A DNA stretch of 64,000 bases from Piromyces finnis finn (lineage: Eukaryota; Fungi; Neocallimastigomycota), in NCBI GenBank assembly GCA_002104945.1, contig MCFH01000019.1, positions 744,001 through 808,000 of the forward strand, in the 5' to 3' direction. Positions within the stretch are counted from its first letter, which is position 1; the number at the start of each line of letters is the position of its first letter. The notes beneath the pieces are model-generated. The model ran no database searches, was not told where the DNA came from, and was given only the letters and a program-made list of their open reading frames with translations. Positions 40,320 through 52,783 of the stretch are shown one piece after another. Position numbers and translations under genes: made by a program.

Positions 40320-42095
40320 ATGGAAGAGTCTAATATTCAATTAACAGAAGAGCAAGAGTTATTTATTAAAGAAGCTCTACTAGGTAAAAATATTTTAGTT
40401 GATGCGTGCATTGGAAGTGGAAAAACTACGGCTATTCAAAATCTTTGTAATAAGTTTGATCTTGGAAAAAAGATATTATATCTTACCTATAATAGATTAC
40501 TTAAAATTGATGCTAAAAGTAAAATAAAAAAGAGAAATGTTCTAGTTCAAAATTACCATGGTTTTTCTTATATGACATTAAAAAACATTGGTATAAAATC
40601 TAGTCAATCCCTTTTAATCCAAAAATTCCTGGAAGTAAAACCACCAATTAGTAAATACGATGTTTTAATACTTGATGAATACCAAGATATTGATGAAGAA
40701 ATATCTGAATTACTTAAATATATAAAATTATATAATAGTTCAATTCAAATTATTGCTGTAGGCGATATGGAACAAAAAATTTATGATTGTACAACGTTGG
40801 ATGTTATTTCTTTTATAAAAGAATTTTTAGATGATTATAAAAAATTGGAATTTACCAAATGTTTTAGACTTTCTAGTGATTTGGCTAATATGTTAGGCAG
40901 AGTGTGGAATAAAAATATAGTTGGTGTTAATGAGGATTTATCAGTAGAAGATATGACATTAGATGATGTTGTCGAATTCTTGTCTACACAAGAACCAAAA
41001 GATATTCTCTGTTTAGGAAAGAGTAAAGGTATGAGAGATAATTTATTAAATTCTTTAGAAATGAATTATCCAGAAAAATTTAATAAAAATACCGTATATG
41101 CTAAGATTTCAGATAATGAATCAATAGGTTTAACAAAATCAAATTATAATTCAGCAATTTTTACTACATATGACAGTAGTAAAGGGCTTGAAAAAAGTAT
41201 TTGTGTTATATGTGATTTTAATAAATATTATTGGAAAAAAAGAATAGATATACCTAATACACGTTATGAAATAATAAGAAACATATTTTGTGTTGCGGCA
41301 AGTAGAGGTAAAAAAAAAATTATATTTTTAAATAATGGTGAAGATCGTCTATCTGAAACGACGTTATCTATCAATGTAAATACTAGTCATAATTTTAGAG
41401 TATTTAATATATCAACGATGTTTGACTTTAAGTATAAAGAGGATATAAGACAATGTTACAAACAATTGGATATAAAAAAAATAGAGATGGAGGATACTTC
41501 TGAAATTCGTATTAACAATAGTGATGGGTTAATTGATTTGTCACCGTGTATTGGGAATTATCAAGAAGTTGTGTTTTTTGAAAATTATAATATTAATAAA
41601 ACCATTGAATTGAAATTAACAGAAGAAGAGGTTCAAAAATTGGTAAAAAAAATAGATGGTCCTATAAAGGAATTTAAAAATTTAGAAAAAGAGGTTAAAC
41701 ATAAAGTTGACGAAAGATTCATAAACAACGTTTTCCTCACTTCATTAGACGAAAAAATTTTATATTTAGCTATGCTTGAAACTAGGCAACGAAGATATAG
41801 ATATCAAGTGAAAGTTCCTTTTGTTTCAGAAAAACAAAAAGAATTGATTATTAATCGACTTAAAACGATTTTCCAAACGAATGAAGAGGTACAAAGAAAA
41901 TGTATGATGGAATTTAACTCTCAATTTCAAAAAATCTATATATTAGGATGTGCAGATGTTATAAAGAATGATATTGTTTATGAATTAAAATTTGTGTCTG
42001 AATTATCCTATGAACATTTTTTACAATGTGCTTGTTATATGGTAGCCCTTAATCTTGAGAAAGGCATTCTTTGGAATACTAAAAATAATACCTGA
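40320..42095 (+). CDS. intronless SF1 (UvrD/Rep-like) helicase fused to a C-terminal PD-(D/E)XK RecB-family nuclease, bacterial type; C-terminus probably frameshifted
   Basis: Walker A ACIGSGKTT, II DEYQD, III VGDMEQKIY, IV CFRLS, V DSSKGLE, VI VAASRGKK; nuclease GCADVIKNDIVYELKF...HFLQCACY. A protein-like continuation PDKREFLNNIVRTITKGVIKEIYIF* lies in the +1 frame at 42091-42168. Confidence 0.88.
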   Translation: MEESNIQLTEEQELFIKEALLGKNILVDACIGSGKTTAIQNLCNKFDLGKKILYLTYNRLLKIDAKSKIKKRNVLVQNYHGFSYMTLKNIGIKSSQSLLIQKFLEVKPPISKYDVLILDEYQDIDEEISELLKYIKLYNSSIQIIAVGDMEQKIYDCTTLDVISFIKEFLDDYKKLEFTKCFRLSSDLANMLGRVWNKNIVGVNEDLSVEDMTLDDVVEFLSTQEPKDILCLGKSKGMRDNLLNSLEMNYPEKFNKNTVYAKISDNESIGLTKSNYNSAIFTTYDSSKGLEKSICVICDFNKYYWKKRIDIPNTRYEIIRNIFCVAASRGKKKIIFLNNGEDRLSETTLSINVNTSHNFRVFNISTMFDFKYKEDIRQCYKQLDIKKIEMEDTSEIRINNSDGLIDLSPCIGNYQEVVFFENYNINKTIELKLTEEEVQKLVKKIDGPIKEFKNLEKEVKHKVDERFINNVFLTSLDEKILYLAMLETRQRRYRYQVKVPFVSEKQKELIINRLKTIFQTNEEVQRKCMMEFNSQFQKIYILGCADVIKNDIVYELKFVSELSYEHFLQCACYMVALNLEKGILWNTKNNT

Positions 42096-42685
42096 TAAAA
42101 GAGAATTTTTAAATAATATAGTTAGAACTATCACTAAAGGTGTTATAAAAGAAATATATATTTTTTAATTTAGATAAGATCATATACCATAGTATAATAG
42201 TAATAATGAATTGATAGTTGAAATATATAATTATTATCAATAAAGCATTATTGAAAAAAAAAGAAAAGAAAAGAAAAAAGATGAAATCTTATTTTTATTT
42301 ATATAATAACTAAAATAAAATAAAAATTTAAACAGTTTCTTTAATATATTTTTTCATTTTAATAAAAACTATAATTAAACATGTTTATCTATAATAAATT
42401 ATTTAAAAGGCAAAACAGGAATAAATAACTAATAAACAAAAAAAAAATTATTATTGATATTATTTTATTTTTATTTTTTCTATTTTTTTAAAAATATAAT
42501 ATTATTTAATATATTTAGTATGAGGAATTAAAAAATTTTATTAATAGCAAAATAGATATTTTATTTAAACATTTTAAAATCTTTCTATTGTAAAAATAAT
42601 AGTAGTTGTTAAATAAAAAAAAAAAGTGATTATGATTTAAATATATTATATATTAAAAATTGATGTAATTAGGGCTTTTTTTATT

Positions 42686-43598
42686 TTATTTTCCACTTAA
42701 AGTTTCAATAAATGATGTTTGTTCTTGTTCAATTTTGACTAATGAATCATATTGTGCTGTTAGCCTTTTAAATAATATCAATAAGGTGTATTCCATTATT
42801 TTATAGAAATTTTTTGAAAACAAAACAGTATATTATGTTATAATATGATTATAAATTATATATTAAAGCAATATTTATAATGTTGATAAAATAAGAATAG
42901 TTATATATTAATATATATAAAGTGAAAAGAAACATTTAATTATATTATATAATATTTAATAATTAATAAATTTATGAATAATCTTATACTCATATAATAG
43001 TACCTGTCATATTCTGCTTTTCTTTCTTTTATAAGGAAAAGTAATCTTTGTTCTGAAATTTTTCTATTTTCAGCTTCCTTTTCAGCCTTGTTTCTCAAAC
43101 CAATAACCTTCATTTAGATATAATATTATGATTTCCATAATAAAATAATTTGAAAAAAAAAAAGTTTTATTATTTATAAATAACAATTTTATGGAATAGA
43201 ATTTCTAATATTTATTCAAAATTTTAATTATTTATTCTTTTATTAAACTTATGGTTTACTTTTAATTTTTCCTTTTCAATTAACTCAGATTTTTCTTTTA
43301 ATAAGTCCAAAAATGAACTAACAATATTACTAAATTCAGTTATTTCTAATATGGAGAATATCCATTATGATTAAAAATTAACAAATGTTTATATATTGAT
43401 AGATTGATACATTAATGTTTATTAGAATAATTTTATTATTTGTTCAATTAATTATATAAATACATTACTATCAACAAATTCTCTACATTGATCTTTTAAT
43501 TGTTGTGATTGTTCAAAGTTTGATGATTCTAATATTCTTATTTTTCCAGTGTAATCAAAAGTTGGAATAATATCATTTCCATTTGTAATTCCGTTCAT
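42686..43598 (-). CDS. IFT20: intraflagellar transport protein 20, 4 exons, 132 aa
   Basis: Exons 43598-43469, 43345-43260, 43107-43004 and 42764-42686 give ...FDYTGKIRILE...QLKDQCREFVDKITEFSNIV...EKEKLKVIGLRN...YDSLVKIEQEQTSFIE, matching IFT20 pattern and length. Absent from the ORF track. Confidence 0.93.
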
Positions 43599-44547
43599 AT
43601 TTGTATTTTTTATAATGAATTAATGATATTTTGACTTATTTAGGTATTTAATTTTTTATATTTCTTTTACTGTTTCAATAATAGTAATGTGATAATAATT
43701 ATGAAGTGAGCTTTTCTTTTTCTTATTATATTCAATTCTTTTTAATTTTTATTAATTACTTTTTAAAGAATGAAAAAATTTTATAAAGAACTCCGCTATA
43801 CATTTTGGTGTACAAAATTCAAAATTTAATGACATTTGAATAAACTTTAATTCATAGAAAAATTTTATTAAAAAAAGAAAATATAATGCTTTTATTAATG
43901 GCAAAGTATAAAATGATTTTTTTAAAAAAAAAAAAACTGGCAATTCATAAATATAATATTTTTCTTTTTATTTATTAGTTTATTAGTAATAAATAATACA
44001 ATTAGTAAATATAGAATTGCTTTTTACTAATAAATTTTTATAAATAAATATCATTTCTTATATATAGAGTTTATTTAATTGTAATTCTTTCAAAGCTATC
44101 CACAGATTCAATTCTATATAAAAATTTCATTGATTTTCTTATATTGATTTTTATTTAAATAATTAAGTTTATATTTATTAATTATTATATTAAAATTTAT
44201 TTAAATATTTATTTATTTATTCATTTATTAAAATTTTAAATTTTATTGATCAAAATTTTATTTGTGTAAATTAAATGTATTATAAATATCTTTATAAAGG
44301 AAAATATTATTTTAAAATAAAAAGAGAAAAGCTAAAATGAAAATAATTAAAAAAGAAATATAAAATAACTAACCAACAACAAAAACAACAACAACAACAG
44401 CAACAAAAAAAAATAAAATAAAAATAAAAAAATAAAACAAATTATTTAAAATTAATTAAAAAGAGAAATTTGAAAATATAAAAACTAGAAATTTGTTTAT
44501 CTCTAAATATAAAAAAAATAATATTTACATTATATATAAATTAAAAA

Positions 44548-46511
44548 ATGAATTTCAATAATTTAGTATCAATTGGTGCAACAATCTCTACGGTAAATAT
44601 TATATAAATTACATTATAAATATAATGATACCTTTTTTTTTTCGTAATATGAAAAATAAAAGAATATTTTTAGTAATTTAATATTTTTTTTATAAAAATA
44701 ATATATTAAGATTTTGTTGTTTTCAACTCATATGTAAGTAATTTTTGAATTTTATGTCTCGGTGTTTTTTATTTTAAAATAAATAATATAAATTATTTTT
44801 CTTAAATTATGTTTTCTTTGTAAAATAATAAAACAATAAGAATAGAAAAATAATAACCAATAATAGCCTAACTTATTATAAAATAATACAAAATCTATAA
44901 ATACATTAACTTTCATTATTAATATAATCATATCAATGTTTTATATATATAAAAGGAAAACACCAATACAAATAAATAGAAATATAAATTCAATTTATAA
45001 TATTTCATTCCTTCCACATATAATGACTTTCTTCAGGTAATTTTATTTTAAATTAATGTATATTGGAAAGAAAGTTGAAATTTCGATAAATATTAATTAT
45101 TTTTTCGATACTATTATTCAATGTATATAAATTTTTAGTTGTTCTTTATGGGAAAAATATGGAATTTTAAAAGGTAAATAATATATTTATTTGTTTTATA
45201 ATTATTGCAATTGAGTTTTTCTTTTTTATTAATTATATAAATAAATTTCGATATTTAATTAAATTTGAAAATATAAATTTATAATTATTAGGTGACCTTG
45301 GAATAATTTTCTCAAATTTTATTGGCATAATTATTACAACCCATGTTATATTTGTGTAAAATATTATCATAAATGAAATATACAATATAAAAAAAAAATA
45401 TTATTTTTAAATAGTTCATACAAAATTCTAATTTTAAAAACTTAATCTATACCATTTTTAATTATTTATAGATATTATAAAAATTCTAGAGATTTAAAAG
45501 TATTTATATATTTACATTTATATATTTATATGTAAATATTTATTTTTTATTTAAATCAAATAAATTAATTTTTATAAATAATAATTAATAGCCAAAAGTC
45601 GAAAAGTCTTTTACAATAATAATATTAGCATTAATTAGCATTTTAACTTATGTAAAACTAAATAGGTAACTTTTTTTTTTTAATAAAATATTAATATAAA
45701 TAAATGCATAAATGAATAAATTATTAAATAAATATATATAAATATATTAAATAAAAAAAACATCTATATATATAATGTGAAAATAGAGGTATAACAAGCT
45801 ACAATGTATTAGGATTTATATGTGTTATTTCTTCTTTGTTAATGCTTGGTAAGTATTCAGTTATTAGATTAATAGTAATATTAAATAATTGTGCTTTTAA
45901 ATTAACATTTTATAATATAAATATTTTATATATATAGTATCACCATTGAAAATATTGGTAACTGTTACATAAATTTGTGTTTTCAATTTTTGTTTTAATA
46001 TATTATAAAAAATGAAATAATAATTTTTATTATTTTATATAAATATTTAATAATTATAGAAAGAAGTAGTAAAAACTAGAGAAAATTCACATTTATCTAT
46101 TCAATTTATATTAATTTCATTTATATCTTCTAGTTTATGGTATATCATAAATTAATAATTTACATTTATTAGTAAGAATTACAAGCATTTTTATTAACAT
46201 TTTTGAATATATACATTTAAATTTATAATAAAATAGGACATTATATGGGTAATTATTATTAATAGAAACTATTTTAGAATGATATATTAAACTATTCTAC
46301 TATTTTAATTATAAAATTTATTAATTATATTAACTTTATTAATAATAATAAAATTTTCAGATACTTTATAAATGATAAGTTTATTATTATACCTAATGGT
46401 TTAGGTTGCTTATTAGCAGCTATACAAGCTTTAATATATAAAATTTATTCAAAGGAATATAATCTTCCACATAATACTATTCAAATGACTCCTTTCCATT
46501 TAAAAAATTAA
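44548..46511 (+). CDS. SWEET family sugar transporter (two MtN3/saliva repeats, 7 TM), 12 exons, ~224 aa
   Basis: Exons 44548-44592, 44711-44733, 44956-45036, 45139-45173, 45292-45355, 45472-45499, 45592-45665, 45787-45848, 45938-45957, 46060-46139, 46237-46248 and 46361-46511 splice in frame. Motifs SFLPH...LWEKYG, FSNFIG, VSPLKILKEVVKT, LWTLYG, IPNGLG...IQ. Absent from the ORF track. Confidence 0.88.
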
Positions 46512-46823
46512 TATTAAATAATTTATATAACAAAGTACAAAATTTAAAACAAAGTAAAACTAATTTATAAAAGTAATTTATGAGAACCATTATTTATATC
46601 TTTTTTTATAAAATAATAAATGTAAAAATTAAATAAAAATCTTTTTTCAATTAAAACTAAAACCTTTTGAATTATAATTATTCTATTTTATTTTTATACA
46701 TTATTGTCAATAATTTTTAAACTTTTATTTTTCATATATTTATTTATTTTTGTTTCTTCATTTTATATATATATACATAATTTCATTGTTAACATTTTTA
46801 ATTAAATAATGTAGCATAAATAT

Positions 46824-47935
46824 TTAATCACACCATTCAGCTTGAATATTTTTATTAATAAAGGAAATTTTGTCTGTAGCTTCCTCAATTCTCTTCTTCA
46901 CTGGTTTACCACCACCATGGCCAGCCTTACATAATAAAATTAATAGTAATAAAATTTATTAATCTCTATTTAATAATATAATTTATCAAATACTTATCAT
47001 ACCTTAGTATCGATTCTAATAAGTAATGGTTTTTCACTTGATTTTCCAGCAACATATTGTAATTGTGAAATTAATTTTAATGAGTGTAGTGGAACACTAT
47101 TTATATATTTATATTTATATATAGATTAATAAAGGAAAACCAAATATTATATATATTTATTATATAATTTTTAATATTTACACTCTATCATCATGATCAC
47201 TTGTAGTAAGTAATACGGCAGGATACTGTGTATTTTCTCTAACATTATGTAATGGAGAGTATCTACATATATAAATTGTATGATGAAGGAATAAAAGATA
47301 ATGTTAAATAATATTTATTTATTATTTTATTTTATAAATTATTTAACAACTAACTTTAAAACAGTTTTAAAATCATGTTCTTTATCTGGATCACCATAAT
47401 CAGAAACCCTATTTAAATAAATTAAAAATAAATTATTAGTCATTTCATAATTTTCTATATAATAAAAATATAAATTTAAAAATTTTTAATATTTACCAAG
47501 CATGACCAATAGTAAATTTATGGAAACGGAGCATATCCATAACACTATATTAATAATATTAATATGAATATTTTAAAATTTTAAATATTAAGATATAAAG
47601 TATTGATTTTTCTTTTATTTACCCAACATCAGCAACAGCACAGCCGAAAAGTTCAGGTGCTTGGTTAATACAAGCACCAACTAATAAACCACCGTTAGAT
47701 CCTCCATTAATACATAATCTATATAATATTTTTATTTTGTAAGCAAATTAATAAATTATGATTTAATATATAATATAATTTATACTTTTCTGGACAAGTG
47801 TATTTAAGATTTATTAAATATTTTGCAGCCCATTGGAAATCATCAAATACATTTTGCTTTTTGTCAAGTTTTCCGCTTTCATACCATGTTTCGCCGTATT
47901 CACCACCTCCACGAATATTTGCAACAACATACTTC

Positions 47936-47976
<41 letters not shown>

Positions 47977-47980
47977 TAAA

Positions 47981-48037
<57 letters not shown>

Positions 48038-48546
48038 AGAGTATTAATACTATTTTTGATATGGCATTATAAAATTATAAAAATATATAAATAATTTACA
48101 ATTCCATTGAAATGTGTAATCCAAGTCATCCAGACTGGTGAGAAATATGGAAGAATACTTATATTAAATCCACCATAACCATATAATAAAGCTGGATTAT
48201 TGCTATTTAATTCTAATCCCTATTATATTTCAATAATATTTTTTAATTATTAATTATACTTTTTAGTAATAATATTTTTTTTTAAAAAAAAAAATACCTT
48301 TTTATGAACAATAAACATTGGAATGTTTGTACCATCCTTAGATGGGTAAAACTTTTGTTTGACAACAAAATCATCTGGGTTATAATTTTTAACAACATTT
48401 CTTTTAAGCTCTTTACAAGAATTACTTCTAAGATCACATCTGTACACAGTTCCGGGATTAATAAAGGAAGTAACAGAATAGAAAAGCTAAAAATGTATGC
48501 ATTATTAAATTAATATCATAATAAAATAAATAATTATATACTAATC

Positions 48547-48597
<51 letters not shown>

Positions 48598-50916
48598 AGA
48601 AATATATTATAATACTTCATTATCAGTTTCTTTTCCTCTAATAGAGCTTATAATCGATCCTTGTTCAAGTTTAATATCGAATTTATATTTTCCAGAAATA
48701 TCAAAAACTTTGAGGAAATGCTATTATAAATATTTTTTAAAATATTTCATATATATAGAGATTTAATTAATAATTTTTTATAATAAACATATACATATAA
48801 TTTTATTATCATTTTTATCCATACCTGTGCATCGTTCATATAATTAATAACAAAACTATCATTGTTACAGAATAATACATAATCAATAACGTGTTTATTT
48901 TGTGGTATTACATCAGTAAATTTCTTTTCGGAATCATTAATATTGATTTTTACAATTTTATATTGTGGAGCATCTTTACTTGTTTTGAAATAAAAAACTG
49001 GTCCAACATTATGTATTCTATTAAATTTTTATATCAATGTTTTATTATAAATAATTTATATAACGAAATTTGGATTTTATTTTATTAATTATTTTATAAT
49101 TACAATGAATATTCCGACTAAATTTGTTAAAATAATTATTATTTTTTATAGGTTTAAATTAAATTAGATATTTGAATATTAATGGCTTTTATAAATAATT
49201 ATATTATTTAATTTAAAATACCTCAAATTCATCAATAAGTTTATTAAACACAGGCTTATCTTATAATTTGATTTAATTTTTTTAATAAAATTAGTAATTA
49301 ATACTTTATAAATATTTATGGAAGTTAATAATACAAACCATTAATTTCTCCATTAATCTTCATGACATATACTTTATTTTTTGGATCACAAGAAGCTTCA
49401 ATAATTAATAATAAATATTTTCCATCATCTGTAATTTCAACACCAAACATATTTTGAGGATTTTCCGGTTCTGAATAAAACAATATATCTTTTTCTTGTT
49501 CTGTTCCAAGTTTATGATAATACATCTGAGAAGAAATAATAAATTATAAATTCAGAATAAGTAAATCATATATATATATATATATATTTAATTTTACCAT
49601 AGCATTTGAATTTTGATCAGTTTCAGTACCAGCAGATTTATCTTCATTAATATTTGGTTTTGGATATCTTTGATAGAAAATACCTTTTTCATCTTTTGTC
49701 CAAGTTATACTATTATATAGTAAATTATTAATAAATAAAGTATTTATTATACTTTACAAAAATTATATATAAAATTACCCAGAAAATTTAACCCATTCTA
49801 ATGGTTTATCAACTTCAATTAATTTTCCATCCTCAATTTGACTTTTAATTATGTTTATTGAAATTATAATAATTAATGTTTTTCCTCAATATTAATATAT
49901 TTATATAAACTATTACGTTATATATATCTAAATGTATAATATATAAACTATTGATTAGCATTTATAATTTTTAAAAAATTTTTTTAATATTAATTTTATA
50001 CTTTAACCCAGTCACTTCCACTTTTACTGAGAGAATAAGCAAAATATTTTCCAGAATCAGAAAAAGAAATAGAACTTAAAGCTATTGTTCCATCATCTGA
50101 TAAAATATTTGGCTTATAATTTTATATAAATTAAAATGATTTAGAAAAAGTTTTAAAATATCATTACATAATTATAAATATTGATTAGTTTTGTTAATTA
50201 TTTCTAGATTTTTACATCAAAGAAAACTACAGGTTCACTATCTAAGGTTTTTTGTCTATATAAAACACTATTTAATTGTTATAAATAAATAGTTAGAATA
50301 AAATTAAATTAAGTAATATCATATAATTTGAATATTAAATAAATATGCCTCTGAGATTGTAAACCAGTATTATGGAAGTAGTAATAATATTCATTTTCTC
50401 CTTTTCCTCTCTTAAACATGCATCCAAAACGTTCATAATTATATTTTTCTAATAATCTTTTTTTAAAAAAATTATTTATAGTTCAAATATGAAAAAAAAA
50501 AAATTAATATTTTATAATAAAAAATTCATATTATTATTTTTATACGCTAAAACATACTTATCCATTAATTTTTCACGATGTTCATAGTCTTTTTATATAT
50601 ATTATTATTTTATTAGCATTATTATTTTTGATATTAAAGATTAATTAAATGGATTTACCATTAATGTAATTAAAAGAAATTTCATTTTGTTCCTTAACAA
50701 ATTTTTTCGTTTCTTCAGAGTCAGGATCTTTAATTTTTAAAAATTTTAATTTTTTTTACATTATATATAGGTTTTAATATAAATAAGTATAATAATGAAA
50801 TTAGAAAAATATAATACTAAAAACAAACCTTCAAGCCAACGATAAGGATCTTTAATTTCAATTCCGAAATGGTCTTCAACAATAGACTCATCTCTACGAA
50901 CTTCAGGATACTTCAT
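46824..50916 (-). CDS. PREP: prolyl oligopeptidase (peptidase S9A), ~23 exons
   Basis: [10 protein letters not shown]...[32 protein letters not shown], catalytic Ser GGSNGG, Asp TSDHDDRV, His AGHG. Whole frame traced, including one GC-AG intron and two micro-exons. Confidence 0.96.
47936..48037. repeat. (AAT)n microsatellite inside a PREP intron
   Basis: Direct inspection. Confidence 0.9.
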
Positions 50917-51165
50917 GTTTAACATTTATATTTTATATATATTATATTTTTATATAATTTTTCAAAATGCTTGTTTTTTATTATTTATTATTTATTATTA
51001 TTAACTGAATTCACACTTTTTTTATTTCATTTAAAATTAATTTTAAATGAAAGTATAATTAACACTAGAAAATTTTAATTTTAAAACTAAATATTTTGAA
51101 ACTTTCTTTAATTAAAATTTATAATTTTAAATAATAAAAATATGTTTATTATTATTAATATTATA

Positions 51166-51180
51166 CACGTGATGCAGATG
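51166..51180. promoter_or_regulatory. adjacent E-boxes CACGTG (51166-51171) and CAGATG (51175-51180) in the divergent PREP/MCM9 intergenic region
   Basis: The only GC-richer patch in the 404-bp head-to-head spacer; function inferred. Confidence 0.35.
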
Positions 51181-51320
51181 TGCCATATTTAAATTTTAAA
51201 TTTTATCAATTTTAAAATTCTATTTTTTTAAAAAAAAAAAAAGAAATTGAAAGTTTGAAATTTAGAATGAAATTTTTAATTAATTCATATATTTAGATAA
51301 ATCTCAATATAATATAAAAA

Positions 51321-52749
51321 ATGGTACTAAACTATGATCCCACAAAAAATAATGATTATAAGAAAGCATTTTGTACTGAATTAATTGAATTAAAGTATAA
51401 TGAAATTGAAGAAATATTATTTGCTAAAGATGAATCCATATATTACCCATTAATAATAACGTAATTAAAATTAGAGAAAAAAAAGAATATAATTTAAATA
51501 AATAGAAATATAAACAAATTGAATATATAATGTTTTTTTATAAATATAAAAAAATATTATAATAACAATAATTATAATTTGTAAAATATAATTATATATT
51601 TTATTAGATATTATGAATTACACAATGGAAATAGTTTATTAGGTAAAATTGCTAAGTATAATTAATAACTATGTGAATAATATTTATAATGATAGTTTAT
51701 ATAATAAAATTAATATAAAATTAATTATTTTAGGTAATCTATTACTTCATTTCCCAGAAACTATGCTTCAATTATTTAATGAGGCTTTAATTGAAGTTCA
51801 AGTAATTATTAATTTATATAGATATTTCAAAATTTCATTGAAATAAAAATTATTATTTTTATCTTTTAGTTTTAATAATATAAATTATTATTAAATTTAA
51901 TTTTTATATATCATCATTATTAAGAATGATATTATTACAAGACATCCAATGGCTGGGGATATGACAAGGAAATATAATTGTAGAGTAAGAATTGCCAGGT
52001 AAAATAAATTTCATTTTAAATTTCAAAATTAAAATTTTAAATTTCAAAATTAATTAATTACTGAAAATAAAATAATAAATACCATTAAATAATAAATATT
52101 AATTCATATATATTTTAATTTATATTATGTTTATTCTTATTATTAAACAAATAATATGAAAAAATAATTTATTATTATTTATCAATTTTTAAATTATTAT
52201 ATATATTTTTATACAAAATAAAATTTTTATAGACTTCCAAGTGCATTATGTTATAGAACTTTACCCCGTTCCCTCGAGACTGGTATGTTTTTATCTATAT
52301 CAGGAACGGTAGTTAGAACAGGTCCTAGAAAAGTATCAGAACAAGAACAAATATATCAATGTACAAAATGCAAAGGACAATTTGCTATGAAAGCTGACCG
52401 TGAACAATATTATTGTATTCCAGAACCAAAAGCTTGTAAAGCAATAGGTGTAGTTCCTTGTGACTCTATGAAATTTAAAAAAATATCTAGTGATCAAGGT
52501 ATAATAATAATAATATAACAAAATTATTATTATTATTATTGTTATTGTTGTATATATAAAAACATGATTTATAAATATTTTAAATACTAATTATTTTCTT
52601 ATTATAATTATAAATAAATAGCGAGTTCAGAAACTTGTAATGATTTTCAAGAAATTAAAATTCAAGAAGATATTAATGCATTAGCATTTGGAAGAATATC
52701 CTTTTTATATAATAATTAAGTTTTATTATAAAAAATAAAAATTATTCAT

Positions 52750-52783
<34 letters not shown>

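Noticed and set aside
40320-42095. Helicase as Helitron RepHel or Pif1
   Set aside because: Motifs are UvrD-like SF1A with a C-terminal RecB-type nuclease; no HUH Rep domain, Pif1 signature or element termini.
45357-45359. Apparent premature TAA making SWEET a pseudogene
   Set aside because: It lies in the intron starting GTAAAA at 45356; a 28-nt exon at 45472-45499 restores the frame (VIFVYYKNSRDLKPK).
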